64,000 bases of DNA from an uncultured Clostridia bacterium (lineage in GTDB: Bacteria; Bacillota; Clostridia; Christensenellales; UBA1242). The stretch spans positions 35,916-99,915 of the forward strand of contig CAMMFF010000002.1 in assembly GCA_946496065.1 (NCBI GenBank), written 5' to 3'. Numbering within the stretch: the first letter of the stretch is position 1; the number at the start of each line of letters is the position of its first letter. The notes beneath the pieces were generated by a model. It was not told the origin of the DNA, did no database searches, and saw nothing but the letters and a program-made list of their open reading frames with translations. This document shows, one piece after another, positions 20,301 through 27,489 of the stretch. The position numbers and the translations under genes were made by a program.

Positions 20301-22040
20301 ATTTTCATCATTTGTATCAATTTCCAACACATCAACACCACTTAAGAAAGTGTATGTTGTATATTGAAAAGCATGGTCTGCATAAACTTGCAAGTCAAAG
20401 TTTTTGCTTCCACTGTTATAATCCAAATAGAAATAATTGCTTGAATAATTCTCATCAACCAAAACAGAAGTTGCACCTGCAATGATACTGCAATTGATAT
20501 CAATTGTCAGTTCATCACCTTCTTGCAAAATGTTGCTTTTCAAGTGAACTGTGACAACCAAATTTGAAATTTGATTGATTCCCAACTTTCCTCTTATATA
20601 GAATGGTGTATCCAAGTCTGTATAGAGTCTGGCATCACCAGAATTTACCGTCATGTTGTTGTAAATAATATCGAGATATGTGCTGTCGTAAGTAAAGTAA
20701 ACCCCTTCATAATTTGGAGATGAAGAGTATCCAGAAATGACATCAATCAAAAGTTCGTTCCAACCAAATTCTGGATAACGATAATAGTTATACAAAATCA
20801 ATCTGTCCGGCTCAGAAGTGCCGTTAACCGTCAGCCCAGTTGGTGCAATTTGAATGTCAACAGTGTAATCTTTTCTTATGTTCACACTCTCATCATCAAT
20901 TCCCTGAGCAATGTCGTAGAAAATGTCAAAAGACAAGTTTGTTGTTGCCTGTGTTTGAGAATTTTGAGAAATTTTCAAATAATAAACAGTTCTATCCTCA
21001 TCATCTTCCGCTTCAAAATCAAAGAAATCAATATCAACATAATTATTTGATTGGGTTTTTGTCATCTTCAATGGAGAGTCAGCAATGGAGTTGTCCATCT
21101 CGATTTTCAAGACATATTGAACCATGTGAGTGTTGTTTGGAACAATGACAATTTCATCACTATCAAGCGGTTGAAAATCAACAGCCCCAGTGTTAATATC
21201 CATATAACCACCAGAGATTGTGGCGTTGATATCTGGCAAAACATAAACTGAAGCAACATCATAGACAATGTTTTCATAATCTTCATTGCCAACAGAGTGG
21301 TCATAGACTGCCATAAACAAAAACTCGCTCTGCAAATCTATTTCACTCTCGACACCATTCAAACTCAAAATCAAAGAATTGGTTTCATTTTTAACCAAAC
21401 TAACTTTGTCAAATTGTTGAATTGTTGCCTCTGCATAGTTGACACCATCAAAGAAACTTGCCAAACTCTCTTCCAAATCCAAGTTTGTCAAAGTGTATGT
21501 ATTGAAATTGATGTCACTTCTAGGTTGCAAATAATAATAAGTCAACTCTTTGTGTGTTGTGTTGCTGTCAAAAATAAACAAGTCAGAACTTGGAACAAAA
21601 TCTGTTTTGTTTGAAACATACAAAACACTGTTGTCAAACTCCATAGAAGAAGACCATTGTTCAACATAGACATCAACAACACACTCTTTTCCAGCCTCCA
21701 AAGTGCTGACAGAAAGCTCTCCATGTCCTCCAGCAACACCAGTGACAGTCACTTTGATTTCATTATTGCTTATGTAAACTGGATCAGAAACACTGAAAAC
21801 TGCAGTTTGCCCATCAGCACGAGGGTTGACTTGAATTTTGTTGCTGAAACCACTTTGATAGTTTTCAATTGTGAAGGTCAAATCAACACTTTCACCAACC
21901 TCCAATTCAATTGATTGCTTGTCAGAGACAAGAGAAATTTTGCTGTAATCCACCGAACAGCCAACAAAAAAGAAACCTGCAAACAAAAATGCAAACATTC
22001 CACAAATACTTATTAAAATGTTCTTAAAAACTTTTGTCAT
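11349..22040 (-). CDS. Giant surface lipoprotein (3,563 aa): Ig-like N-terminal domains plus three GLUG-motif beta-helix modules
   Basis: Uninterrupted 10.7-kb ORF with SD AAAGGAAG. Signal peptide with lipobox (FFFVGC). Big_2-like first domain. About 20 motifs of type Y[VI]GG[IV][AV]G..N.G.I by eye. Module entries: NPYLLETAEDVVGI... (aa ~1122), PIETYEEFLDM...LDGNGYYL, and NPILISSAENMENY... Confidence 0.9.
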   Translation of the reverse strand: MTKVFKNILISICGMFAFLFAGFFFVGCSVDYSKISLVSDKQSIELEVGESVDLTFTIENYQSGFSNKIQVNPRADGQTAVFSVSDPVYISNNEIKVTVTGVAGGHGELSVSTLEAGKECVVDVYVEQWSSSMEFDNSVLYVSNKTDFVPSSDLFIFDSNTTHKELTYYYLQPRSDINFNTYTLTNLDLEESLASFFDGVNYAEATIQQFDKVSLVKNETNSLILSLNGVESEIDLQSEFLFMAVYDHSVGNEDYENIVYDVASVYVLPDINATISGGYMDINTGAVDFQPLDSDEIVIVPNNTHMVQYVLKIEMDNSIADSPLKMTKTQSNNYVDIDFFDFEAEDDEDRTVYYLKISQNSQTQATTNLSFDIFYDIAQGIDDESVNIRKDYTVDIQIAPTGLTVNGTSEPDRLILYNYYRYPEFGWNELLIDVISGYSSSPNYEGVYFTYDSTYLDIIYNNMTVNSGDARLYTDLDTPFYIRGKLGINQISNLVVTVHLKSNILQEGDELTIDINCSIIAGATSVLVDENYSSNYFYLDYNSGSKNFDLQVYADHAFQYTTYTFLSGVDVLEIDTNDENPYTEVGDKFYLNLSLTPRLTGIGVYRVYLDNGMPIDLTFNVIKTLSSDTTSIQLTNEGNESVTEAYYSVEDNADFDNALNIEILNPSTKTGVTFGNVAQFTITANVNSDGIKYVPNESGFVSVSKINNTYRISTLDNGMTKITFTLTGLEVEDFRTKSKEIKLYVNVSSYSLVDEFYMKNGDNFALNNVVYYVTGGVSGSLQEEDETATLTPVANYANSMNFYQYFFDEKAFVDIFEDAIPVEDEDDEGNIYYPYYNYTISNNQIYTEMVYEKYNRKFIYFYAQVVYSSSGNNSYTTASTVTEVNVTKTYVLDGQTKSETKTIMLALTNGLMFLSSDFEYVDRNEIGDVVATYTVEFSNIYSIDTYGTFDMDSFTYRNNMQAVYNLSLSANLRQRNSTKKYDCQIETRLYQSVESISLATSLTELNFSNNALNYSIGVYTYPTTSTNKNVRVEFVRTNGNPYVNMVTWNIDTSESASGVYTVNLSCEDFFNENKDNIVNIEDYLTGRIYIYPAEWGDSYTSIASELQPIVIDVQYRNGSRANPYLLETAEDVVGINANETTLKSHYEISTVIDMSTVRNFTPIGILNVDGKNVLYGFSGSIIGSNSQAAITNIVVSENNFSATVRKETISGSVDILYTGLIAQLNAPYRVDADDPNSDLVTPTIENVSFSGEFDLNVSSRAYVGLLSAVNKGEMINVGVRIGESSINMVQSQRVLYFGAVAGVNYGSIIQDFTKYDGTGYNYKIYSDKVIYSDENGNNYIIDDADNKIFVDKDKYAIDENGNRIKYDDEGNVLLSSRDYTGQNSKNLAYYEGFVNIATASTNVYAGGIAGASSGVIKKISSSSLKLYGYAAYSAYTMISVTGTKNYNDYDKIYVGGAVGVATYNTGTTSLNEILLDTDMPMTGNTISNLLVGGEIDTSETVNYIDAVGGIVGYADTLKVATIDVLNNTSRVFLRANEYVGGIAGYDTYAVDYSVYTNFGTGNVIEAVDDGRNNFYASSIIKFKRLDNLPDDTELSKTTFYAVGNSTRNSRSYATYSFKAYSYLKRDFTEVESTDVVVDNSVSVANYYGDYIILNVASDGIHITQSYRFEFKEVDLALDESEYAMTPSGGATADVGVYFMYYFSVQGKLYEEGNASAQDEIEDLNFINPNSNFYPFSLGSQDVNITSSNSNILSVDVNGNLTVKGTGLATITLTSILNVVQSRVIYIYIVNYFDKDVSSSIFYTSGNINGVNITDGSNLNIYGNSNTNVHVVPTYNLNDGVTYNGDKFTITTGGVLTYKNVSYNLSKNTQIEVPSAQKTEYVQTSDTAIVDGKEYFTYDAETNSYVLVTNPDVNDIGSYYEQPYFSSVQINKQTIVFFKDKSKTVNEGDVDTYSLTPMLKVVIQIGTEKYEFYYALDKSTINLNVTYKESATSIRTNSKYHSMQTNNTFKDTVTVVSTNKNELVFYQIFDKNGSLVQDRLPENLTQFDTAENREDAWLSYMNTITQSDLFNLRFSRTGENVFEFSCQINASGDKFLNRFENDIYGEYTVHLYCSELENGVTYSFKILLDEAEINYVSVNNYSNFNDISVADEIVVPSQRGILEISLDPVEAVFDEFSITNNAANYLERASEATFTFAYEKINADASKEYVLAQTFGRYTNGTFSFAYQEMIDLFNSLNESFEDNGENSSVSYTGKIYISYYMPSNNVDDGVDVGFDVSVTYGNEGQYSMPSTIMLKTKLGSYAKLSFADKEDFGGVYYVARGLSYNLNLDYYGFSEDQISITSTNDFIANVSKVNGQYVLSVTSESINYNNDVGYKIEINTVATKTVDNVTVTTTDTLTIYVMEYVLNYVYVDGVYEDIVKGMENGVISTAIGNPYTLEFAIKEFMEYDDSNAVVNREVEDFVADMTQNIKWTVYLNGEATELAEGRTIRTDYYSINSFVVTPLRIYESESDIYHFSASANYTMKNGLYAYSSISTNSNPIYTVFSFDVHQQSTEDSPIPIETYEEFLDMKDGEWYILLNDITLPGSEYASANGLEQFSPITANIAGLDGNGYYLRMAGTYSYDTLSDFGVFSSVAEDSILQNVTIMMTSDVVIRMNVSTFNVGLLAATNNGIITNCHIGSSTGSECLSVVCATTAQTSYVAGLVANNTGYITNSRSKINIFCNVNLAGFVGQNSGIIASSYYLGASLKNETNTTSEFTAGFAVSNSGEIHTSYVSGQATINMMFYYGEDNSIQSSYNISGFVYTNSGSVEDCYSNITLRQSGAFASGFVYENSGNVERCFSTSVLESEQTSNYGFARYNDDESGIIEDCYYLSESDVSVVGGQTVDINVSIGEITLNENTDITPLTTAEFGEGGLEKFFSSYVVAEGREISSVWFFNDDAGNLANFNGSVFNTERLELVAPNIVAFSQRELERIETIVDDVTGATSAKYIYTYTSNSNPLGSVYNPILISSAENMENYILQENNAANYNYSYYRIISDIDYSEYLYNSKLYKTKFMGYLEGNFMTISGMSLVSSEAMTSAGMFAELGSSTILDAVGTIMNFNINPQAVSFSNTDVVGAVVGKVDSGNIYNVNLTRSTSEQIVVVGKNIVGGAVGLAIGRYNIQNLYSQYSAKARYQSSSNDFNSGLLEYSSYSFAGSLIGVASGTGSIYDCETDTVVSVLGDKAGLVFGLIDENVNVSKILVEMQSGMLVNAYSYGGLVVGESKGTVDDVKVVGMLEPFTNFMKTPNMPTALGGYAGLVSGGNISNIEMSQSITISNESASTGVEYLGGIAGLVTGPSEFDNVTVNANLTGFTYIGGVVGYINAPSNTIYFTDVNVNANMYVYGHRLAEVGIGGLVGNVGSNSIINLSSSLDESASASGEAVYKTNNFIISANSIVYLYGTSIDIYVGGIVGANKSSISHSVSNCYISLTGENKALDMSQSLTNLKLTAKVLADENEIPGLTIETKENETGETLQTILATSLSSNNVKYYCDISFETTDPALKAGSYLRLNLYGDPTLTSSSI

Positions 22041-22090
22041 AGACTTCCTTTTAATTTGAATGTAAACAACTTATGATATCAAACGATAAT

Positions 22091-24799
22091 CTATTTCCCT
22101 TCAAACAATTGTTTCACATAATCTTGCGCAATAATCTGCACTGTCGTTCTTGCAGAAGGACTTGTAATCAAGAATGCTTGACCAACGCCCGCAGTAACGA
22201 TTGAGTTTTGCTCTTCTTCATTGATACCACCAGATTTTTCATACAACTGAACAAGGTCGTTGATATCTGCCGGAGCAAGCGAGAAAATAAGAGAGTATTG
22301 ACACGCGTTAATAACCGCAGTTGATTGACGCCTGATTTCTTCAGTTCCAACGAAGTCGGAAATGTTCTGAGTAATGATGATTTGCATACCGCCATACTTT
22401 CTGATACGCTTAGCCATTTGAGCCATGAAGTCCAAAGCGATAGGATATTTTGGGTTAATGAAGATATGCGCCTCATCAACCGCAACAATAATCTTTCTGT
22501 TCTTACGATACTTTTTGTTGAAATCCTTGTTGTTAATGATTTCGTTGTTCAAATATCTAAATACCAAAAGCATTTGGGCGTTTGTAACAGTTGGGTTGTT
22601 TCCAGCAACAAGGGATTGGAAGTTGAATGTAACGAAGTTTTCGTTTGTTTCAATAGATGTTGGGCCATTCCACAGAGAGCTGTTTCTTCCGCCTGTTGCA
22701 AATTTTTTGATGTAAGTTTCAACCGTCATCAAGTTTCTCAAGGAGAATTCATCCTTGGCTGTTTTAATTCTTTTCAAAATCAAATCATAAAGAGCATCAA
22801 AAGTTGGATAATCTTCTGGTTTAAGCCTTGCAAGGTTTGTTCTGTAGTCAATGCCAAACTCCTTATACATATCAATGATAAGAGAGTTCAAAACTTCAAA
22901 CGCGTCAGCATTGATTCCTTCCAAAATAACTCTGAAGAATTGTTCCAAGAACTGCAAGTGTTGAGAGAAAGAGTCATCAACTTTCTTTGTAACAACTTTT
23001 TTCTTCTCAATTTTTCTTCCAAAAGCATCATATTCTTCTTCATCTTCATCTTCGTCTTCTTCCTCGTCCTCAGACGCCTCCAAAGAAGCAATAACGTGGA
23101 AAGGATTGATGATACCATGAATGGAAGAACCAACATCAATAAACTTACCACCAAGGTTTCTTGTCAAGTCTTGATATTCGTTTTCTGGGTCAAGAATGAA
23201 AATCTTACAGTTGTCAGCAGCAAGGTTTGTCAACAATGTTTTTGTTGCATAACTCTTACCAGAACCAGATTTCCCAATAACCATCATGTTTGAGTTAACT
23301 CTTTCTCTGTCTCTCTTGAAGAAGTCAACAAAAACAGGATATTCGTTGTCCCCGATGTAAATTCCATTAGGGTCTTGCAAAGCATTTGAAATAAATGGGA
23401 AAGTTGCTGCGAGTGTCGAAGTTGGAATTCCTCTCATAGTGCTTTTGAAAGAATCCCTTTTTGAGACATTGGAAGAAATAAATCCATCAATTTGTCTTGA
23501 AAAAAGTTCTGAATATTTGAACCCCTGTTGCTTAAGCATCGCTCTGACATCTTTCTTTGCGGCATCTTCAGCAACAATGTATGTGTTGACATTGAAAAGT
23601 TGTTGGTTGTTATTTTTTAAACTTACAAGCAAATCTCTCAAAGTTTCAAGGTGAGTTTGAAGTTCAATTTGAGCAGAGCTTCTTCCAACTTTATAGAGTT
23701 TTGCTTCCATTTCCATGATTGCACGGTCAATTTGTTTTTCTGAGTCAAGTTTTGGAATTGGAGAGAATTTCATAACAACCTTAGTTCTGTCCAAAAGGAA
23801 AAATTGTGCGCCCCATGCGTTTCCAACCTGCAAAGGATAGTCAATCAAGTTGTAGCAACGATAGCATTGGTTGTCAAGGAAGTAACGCGCAATGTTGAAT
23901 TTGATTTTGTCAGGGGTTGCCCAGTTTATGTATTCTGAAATTGGAATGATTTCCAAATCTCTTTCATCAAAGTTTTTCCCAAGATTTGCCTTCAAGAAGA
24001 CAACCAAGTCAGTTCCTTCCAATCTTTTTGCAATGATAGGGTTCAAAGAAGAAGCCATCGCATTGATCATACCAGAAGTGGTATTTTCCAAAATTTCCAT
24101 ATCTTTGTCATAAACAATCAAATAGAAATGGTCTTTGAAAATTTTGGACTGTCTGTTCATAAATTCATACAAAGAAACTCTTTCTTCAAAAATAGGAGCA
24201 CGAGCGTCAATTTCTGCCTGAGAAATTTGTCCATCATATTGCATATCATACAAAACATCATACTTATGGTTTTCGTTGTAGATATATCTGTCCAAAATCA
24301 TTGGCTTGCTGATTTTGATGATTGAACAAGTTTGATCACCATTAAGTCTTCGAAGAGCATTTGCAAAACTCTCAATGACGTTATCTTGATAATATTCAGT
24401 AAGCAAAGTAAAGAACATTGGTTGCACTTCAATAACTTGTGCATAATATTGTCCAAAGTTGATAAATCTGTCTTGATAGATGCTTTCGTATGCAATCATT
24501 TCATGAATGTCAGATTTTTTCTTTTCTCCGTCACCCTTTGAGAATTTTTTCTTCTGAACGGAATAGCGAAGCAAAAAAACCAACGTGTTATAAAAACGAG
24601 TGTCATCAGTGAATTTGAAGAACATTGAAACTGCAATAATACACCAAGCGACACCAATCCAGATATGTAATTCAAAGTTTGCCATAAACAAAATGATGGC
24701 AATCACAGCAAAAATCAAGCCCAACAAAATATCAAGCCCTGTGACACCTCTGACAAATTCTGATTTAACTTTTGTCTTTCTAGGAATAACTCTAACCAT
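22091..24799 (-). CDS. PrgI/VirB3-like two-TM segment fused to a VirB4/TrsE-family (AAA_10/DUF87-like) secretion ATPase
   Basis: 902 aa. N-terminus IPRKTKVKSEFVRGVTGLDIL plus two hydrophobic helices (PrgI-like). Walker A VIGKSGSGKSYATK, then ILDPENEYQDL. Walker B IVAVDEAHIF, then IIITQNISDF. SD GAGGGG. There is a 50-nt gap and no terminator before the giant gene. Confidence 0.8.
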   Translation of the reverse strand: MVRVIPRKTKVKSEFVRGVTGLDILLGLIFAVIAIILFMANFELHIWIGVAWCIIAVSMFFKFTDDTRFYNTLVFLLRYSVQKKKFSKGDGEKKKSDIHEMIAYESIYQDRFINFGQYYAQVIEVQPMFFTLLTEYYQDNVIESFANALRRLNGDQTCSIIKISKPMILDRYIYNENHKYDVLYDMQYDGQISQAEIDARAPIFEERVSLYEFMNRQSKIFKDHFYLIVYDKDMEILENTTSGMINAMASSLNPIIAKRLEGTDLVVFLKANLGKNFDERDLEIIPISEYINWATPDKIKFNIARYFLDNQCYRCYNLIDYPLQVGNAWGAQFFLLDRTKVVMKFSPIPKLDSEKQIDRAIMEMEAKLYKVGRSSAQIELQTHLETLRDLLVSLKNNNQQLFNVNTYIVAEDAAKKDVRAMLKQQGFKYSELFSRQIDGFISSNVSKRDSFKSTMRGIPTSTLAATFPFISNALQDPNGIYIGDNEYPVFVDFFKRDRERVNSNMMVIGKSGSGKSYATKTLLTNLAADNCKIFILDPENEYQDLTRNLGGKFIDVGSSIHGIINPFHVIASLEASEDEEEDEDEDEEEYDAFGRKIEKKKVVTKKVDDSFSQHLQFLEQFFRVILEGINADAFEVLNSLIIDMYKEFGIDYRTNLARLKPEDYPTFDALYDLILKRIKTAKDEFSLRNLMTVETYIKKFATGGRNSSLWNGPTSIETNENFVTFNFQSLVAGNNPTVTNAQMLLVFRYLNNEIINNKDFNKKYRKNRKIIVAVDEAHIFINPKYPIALDFMAQMAKRIRKYGGMQIIITQNISDFVGTEEIRRQSTAVINACQYSLIFSLAPADINDLVQLYEKSGGINEEEQNSIVTAGVGQAFLITSPSARTTVQIIAQDYVKQLFEGK

Positions 24800-25133
24800 A
24801 CTTCCCCTCTTGTTTTAGATTTTTTTAAACAAGAAGCAAATTTTCCGTATAAGCGGAAATTGTTTTCCAAATCCACAATCAAACATCGTCAGTTCATAAG
24901 CCAAATCAATCTGCTTCTTTTACTTGTTATTATGATACTACAAATGACTTCAAAAATACAAATAAAATAAATAAAAAAATGACAATATATAAAATATATT
25001 TCCAAAAAATTACACCCGAAATTATTTTAAAAATTTCTTTTGATAAGTTTCTTATTCAAAAAATAAAATAAAAACAACAATCATCGTACAATTAAGCACA
25101 ATTAAATCTATAGCAAAAACCAACAAAAATAAC

Positions 25134-25172
25134 AAAAAAATGCAAAAAAAACAATTTTTAATGCATTTTTTT
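25134..25172 (-). terminator. AT-rich hairpin terminator downstream of the PRC-barrel gene
   Basis: AAAAAAATGCA-N17-TGCATTTTTTT. The sequence is symmetric, so it could act on both strands. Confidence 0.4.
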
Positions 25173-25206
25173 AAATTTTTCGCAATTTTTAAACTATTTT
25201 TATTTT

Positions 25207-25872
25207 TTATCTTTTAATTGCAAAAAACAATTGGTTTAATCGGTTATGTTTTTTAGCCTTCGCAACAACATTCTTTGAAATAGTCTCCCCCTTGGAAATT
25301 ATTCTCTCGTTGTTGTATCCAAAGATGTCTTCTCCAACAACTTTGCCGACATAAAAACTTGAAGACAATGTCACTTTCTCTGGCATAGTCAAACTTTGAG
25401 AAGATTGAATTTGCACCAAACCATCTCCTTGAAGTTTTGGAAACCCTTTCTTTGTTTGAGTTTTCCTTTTCTTCTTAAATTCAACCATAACAACATCATT
25501 TCCAACATTTTTGATATGACGAGTCAAAATTTCGCACTTGTCAGTCAAAATTTTCTCCAACTTGTTTTTGTGGAACTTCGAACTGACAATCTTGCCCAAA
25601 AACACTCCTCTATCATCAAAAACAAATCTCCCTATCAAAGATTTTGGACGATTTGAAGAAAATTCAAGTTTAGACACATCTTCAATAATAATCACAAAAT
25701 CACTCGAAGCAACAACATCTTCTTTTTTCAAGAACAATTCACTTTCCGTTTCTTCGTCAACAACATAATAACCCTTAATCACAAACTCTTGAAAATCTAT
25801 TGCGATATCCAAAATATAGCCCACAATCTCTCCACTGGTTTGCGATAAAACAATTTTAGAAATATTATCCAC
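25207..25872 (-). CDS. PRC-barrel domain protein (YlmC/YmxH-like, duplicated barrel)
   Basis: 221 aa. N-terminal SGEIVGYILDIAIDFQEFVIKGYYV resembles PRC-barrel sporulation proteins. GTG start behind SD AAGGAG. Confidence 0.5.
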   Translation of the reverse strand: MDNISKIVLSQTSGEIVGYILDIAIDFQEFVIKGYYVVDEETESELFLKKEDVVASSDFVIIIEDVSKLEFSSNRPKSLIGRFVFDDRGVFLGKIVSSKFHKNKLEKILTDKCEILTRHIKNVGNDVVMVEFKKKRKTQTKKGFPKLQGDGLVQIQSSQSLTMPEKVTLSSSFYVGKVVGEDIFGYNNERIISKGETISKNVVAKAKKHNRLNQLFFAIKR

Positions 25873-26006
25873 AACAAACTCCTTATATTTATGTATGCAA
25901 GCATTTTCAAGAATAGAAAAACATTCCCAAAAATCTCAATATTCTCTGATTTTCAACAACAACCTTCAAAATCATATAATTTCAAAACCAAAGCATCAAC
26001 AAACAT

Positions 26007-26035
26007 TTTGACTTTTGCAAAGAACTATGATAAAA
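26007..26035 (+). promoter_or_regulatory. Promoter of the DUF1858 gene
   Basis: TTGACT, 17 nt, TAAAAT, with TG at -14/-15. Confidence 0.55.
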
Positions 26036-26061
26036 TATTTGCATTAGGAGATGAGAAAAAT

Positions 26062-26268
26062 ATGAAAAAGAAAAAAACAATCACAAAAGATATGACAATT
26101 GGCGAAGTTCTTTCAATTGACGAAAACTTGGCAGAAATATTCCTTGGCTTTGGCATGCATTGTGTATCTTGCCCAGTAAGCCAGATGGAAACAATTGAAG
26201 AAGCAAGTGCCGTTCATGGCGTTGACACTGAATTTTTGCTTAAAAAACTCAATGAAAATGTCAAATAA
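26062..26268 (+). CDS. DUF1858 / hybrid-cluster-protein-associated redox disulfide domain protein
   Basis: 68 aa from ATG 26062: KDMTIGEVLSIDENLAEIFLGFGMHCVSCPVSQMETIEEASAVHGVD matches the family pattern (GMHC.gCP...ESieEAa.vHGiD). The longer track ORF start is implausible. Confidence 0.8.
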   Translation: MKKKKTITKDMTIGEVLSIDENLAEIFLGFGMHCVSCPVSQMETIEEASAVHGVDTEFLLKKLNENVK

Positions 26269-26284
26269 CAAAAAATAATAAAAT

Positions 26285-26314
26285 AAAAAAACTGCATAAA
26301 TTGCAGTTTTTTTT
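26285..26314. terminator. Bidirectional terminator between the convergent DUF1858 and hflX genes
   Basis: A-run, CTGCA-TAAAT-TGCAG, T8. The stem is short. Confidence 0.6.
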
Positions 26315-27398
26315 AAAGCCCCAAACAATTTTTTATACATTTTTTCAATTTTTCAACGTTGTCTTTTTTCTTGACAGAAAACAAAATTTGATTTTTTTCA
26401 ATCTCGATTGGTTTCTTCAACAAATCACTTTTGTTCAAAATAACCACTCTGTTGTCGGTTGCTCCAATATCGTCCAAAATTTTGTTTGTAATTTCAATGT
26501 TCTTCTTATAAAACTCATCTGCGACATCAACAACGTGCAAAATCAAATCAGCATTTTTGACTTCTTCCAAAGTTGCAGAAAAACTTTCAACAAGTTCATG
26601 TGGCAATTTGCTTATGAATCCAACAGTGTCAGTCAGCAAACAAAACTTGCCATCATCAAGAAACAGTCTTCGACTTGTTGTATCCAGTGTTGCAAACAAT
26701 TTGTCATCAGCATAAATGTTTTCTTTTGTCAACAAATTGAAAATAGAACTTTTTCCAGCATTTGTGTAACCACCCAAAACAACACTTTTGATACCATTCT
26801 TCTCTCTCAAAATTTTGTTCTGTTTTCTACTGTTTTTAATCTTCTCAATTTCGTTTTCCAAGGTCACAATTTCTTTTTCAAGTTTTCTTCTGTCAAGTTC
26901 AAGTTTGGTTTCCCCAGGTCCACGCATACCAGCACCCTTTCCGCCAAATCTGCCCTGACTTCCCTGCAAGGAAGAAAGTCTTGTCAAAAGGTATTTGTTT
27001 TGTGCAAGTTTGACTTCAATTTTTCCTTCACTTGACTTAGCATTCAAGGCAAAGATGTCTATAATGAGCAAAATTCTGTCCAAAACTTTGATTCCGAGTT
27101 CGTCAGAAATGTTTCTAAGTTGCGAACCCGTCAACTGAAAATCTACGACCAAACAATCACAAGGATTCTGTCTTAAAAATTCTTTAATTTCTTCAAGTTT
27201 GCCACTCCCCATGATTGTTCTTCTGTTGAAAGCGTCAATTTTCTGACTGAAAATCTTGACAACTTCCATTCCCGCAGAAAAACACAATCTGCTTATTTCA
27301 GCAAATTGATATTCTTTTTCTTTGTCGTTTTCAATTGGACAAAAAATTATTGCTTTTTCAATTTCTTCTTCTTGAATTTGATGCATTTTCTTACTCAT
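26313..27398 (-). CDS. hflX: GTPase HflX
   Basis: 361 aa. G1 GGYTNAGKSSIFN, G3 DTVGFISKLPHELVESFSATLEE, G4 NKSD. HflX N-terminal domain layout. Confidence 0.93.
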   Translation of the reverse strand: MSKKMHQIQEEEIEKAIIFCPIENDKEKEYQFAEISRLCFSAGMEVVKIFSQKIDAFNRRTIMGSGKLEEIKEFLRQNPCDCLVVDFQLTGSQLRNISDELGIKVLDRILLIIDIFALNAKSSEGKIEVKLAQNKYLLTRLSSLQGSQGRFGGKGAGMRGPGETKLELDRRKLEKEIVTLENEIEKIKNSRKQNKILREKNGIKSVVLGGYTNAGKSSIFNLLTKENIYADDKLFATLDTTSRRLFLDDGKFCLLTDTVGFISKLPHELVESFSATLEEVKNADLILHVVDVADEFYKKNIEITNKILDDIGATDNRVVILNKSDLLKKPIEIEKNQILFSVKKKDNVEKLKKCIKNCLGL

Positions 27399-27489
27399 AA
27401 GATGATTATACCAACATTTTGAACAAATTCAAAATCTATACAACAAAAAAATAAAGACAAAAGAGCCTTTATTTCTCATTTTTATTGAT

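Noticed and set aside
22091-24799. Calling the region an integrative conjugative element or other mobile element because of the VirB4-like gene.
   Set aside because: No integrase, relaxase, coupling protein, att-like direct repeats or tRNA target are visible in the 64 kb. The flanks are core genes.
24869-24877. DnaA-box-like AAATCCACA in the AT-rich spacer, suggesting a possible origin.
   Set aside because: It is a single imperfect box with no cluster and no dnaA/dnaN nearby. Gene orientation does not switch here.
24940-25206. AT-rich repeats as a possible CRISPR or tandem-repeat array.
   Set aside because: There are no regularly spaced identical repeats of 25-40 nt with unique spacers, only short A/T words, and no cas genes.
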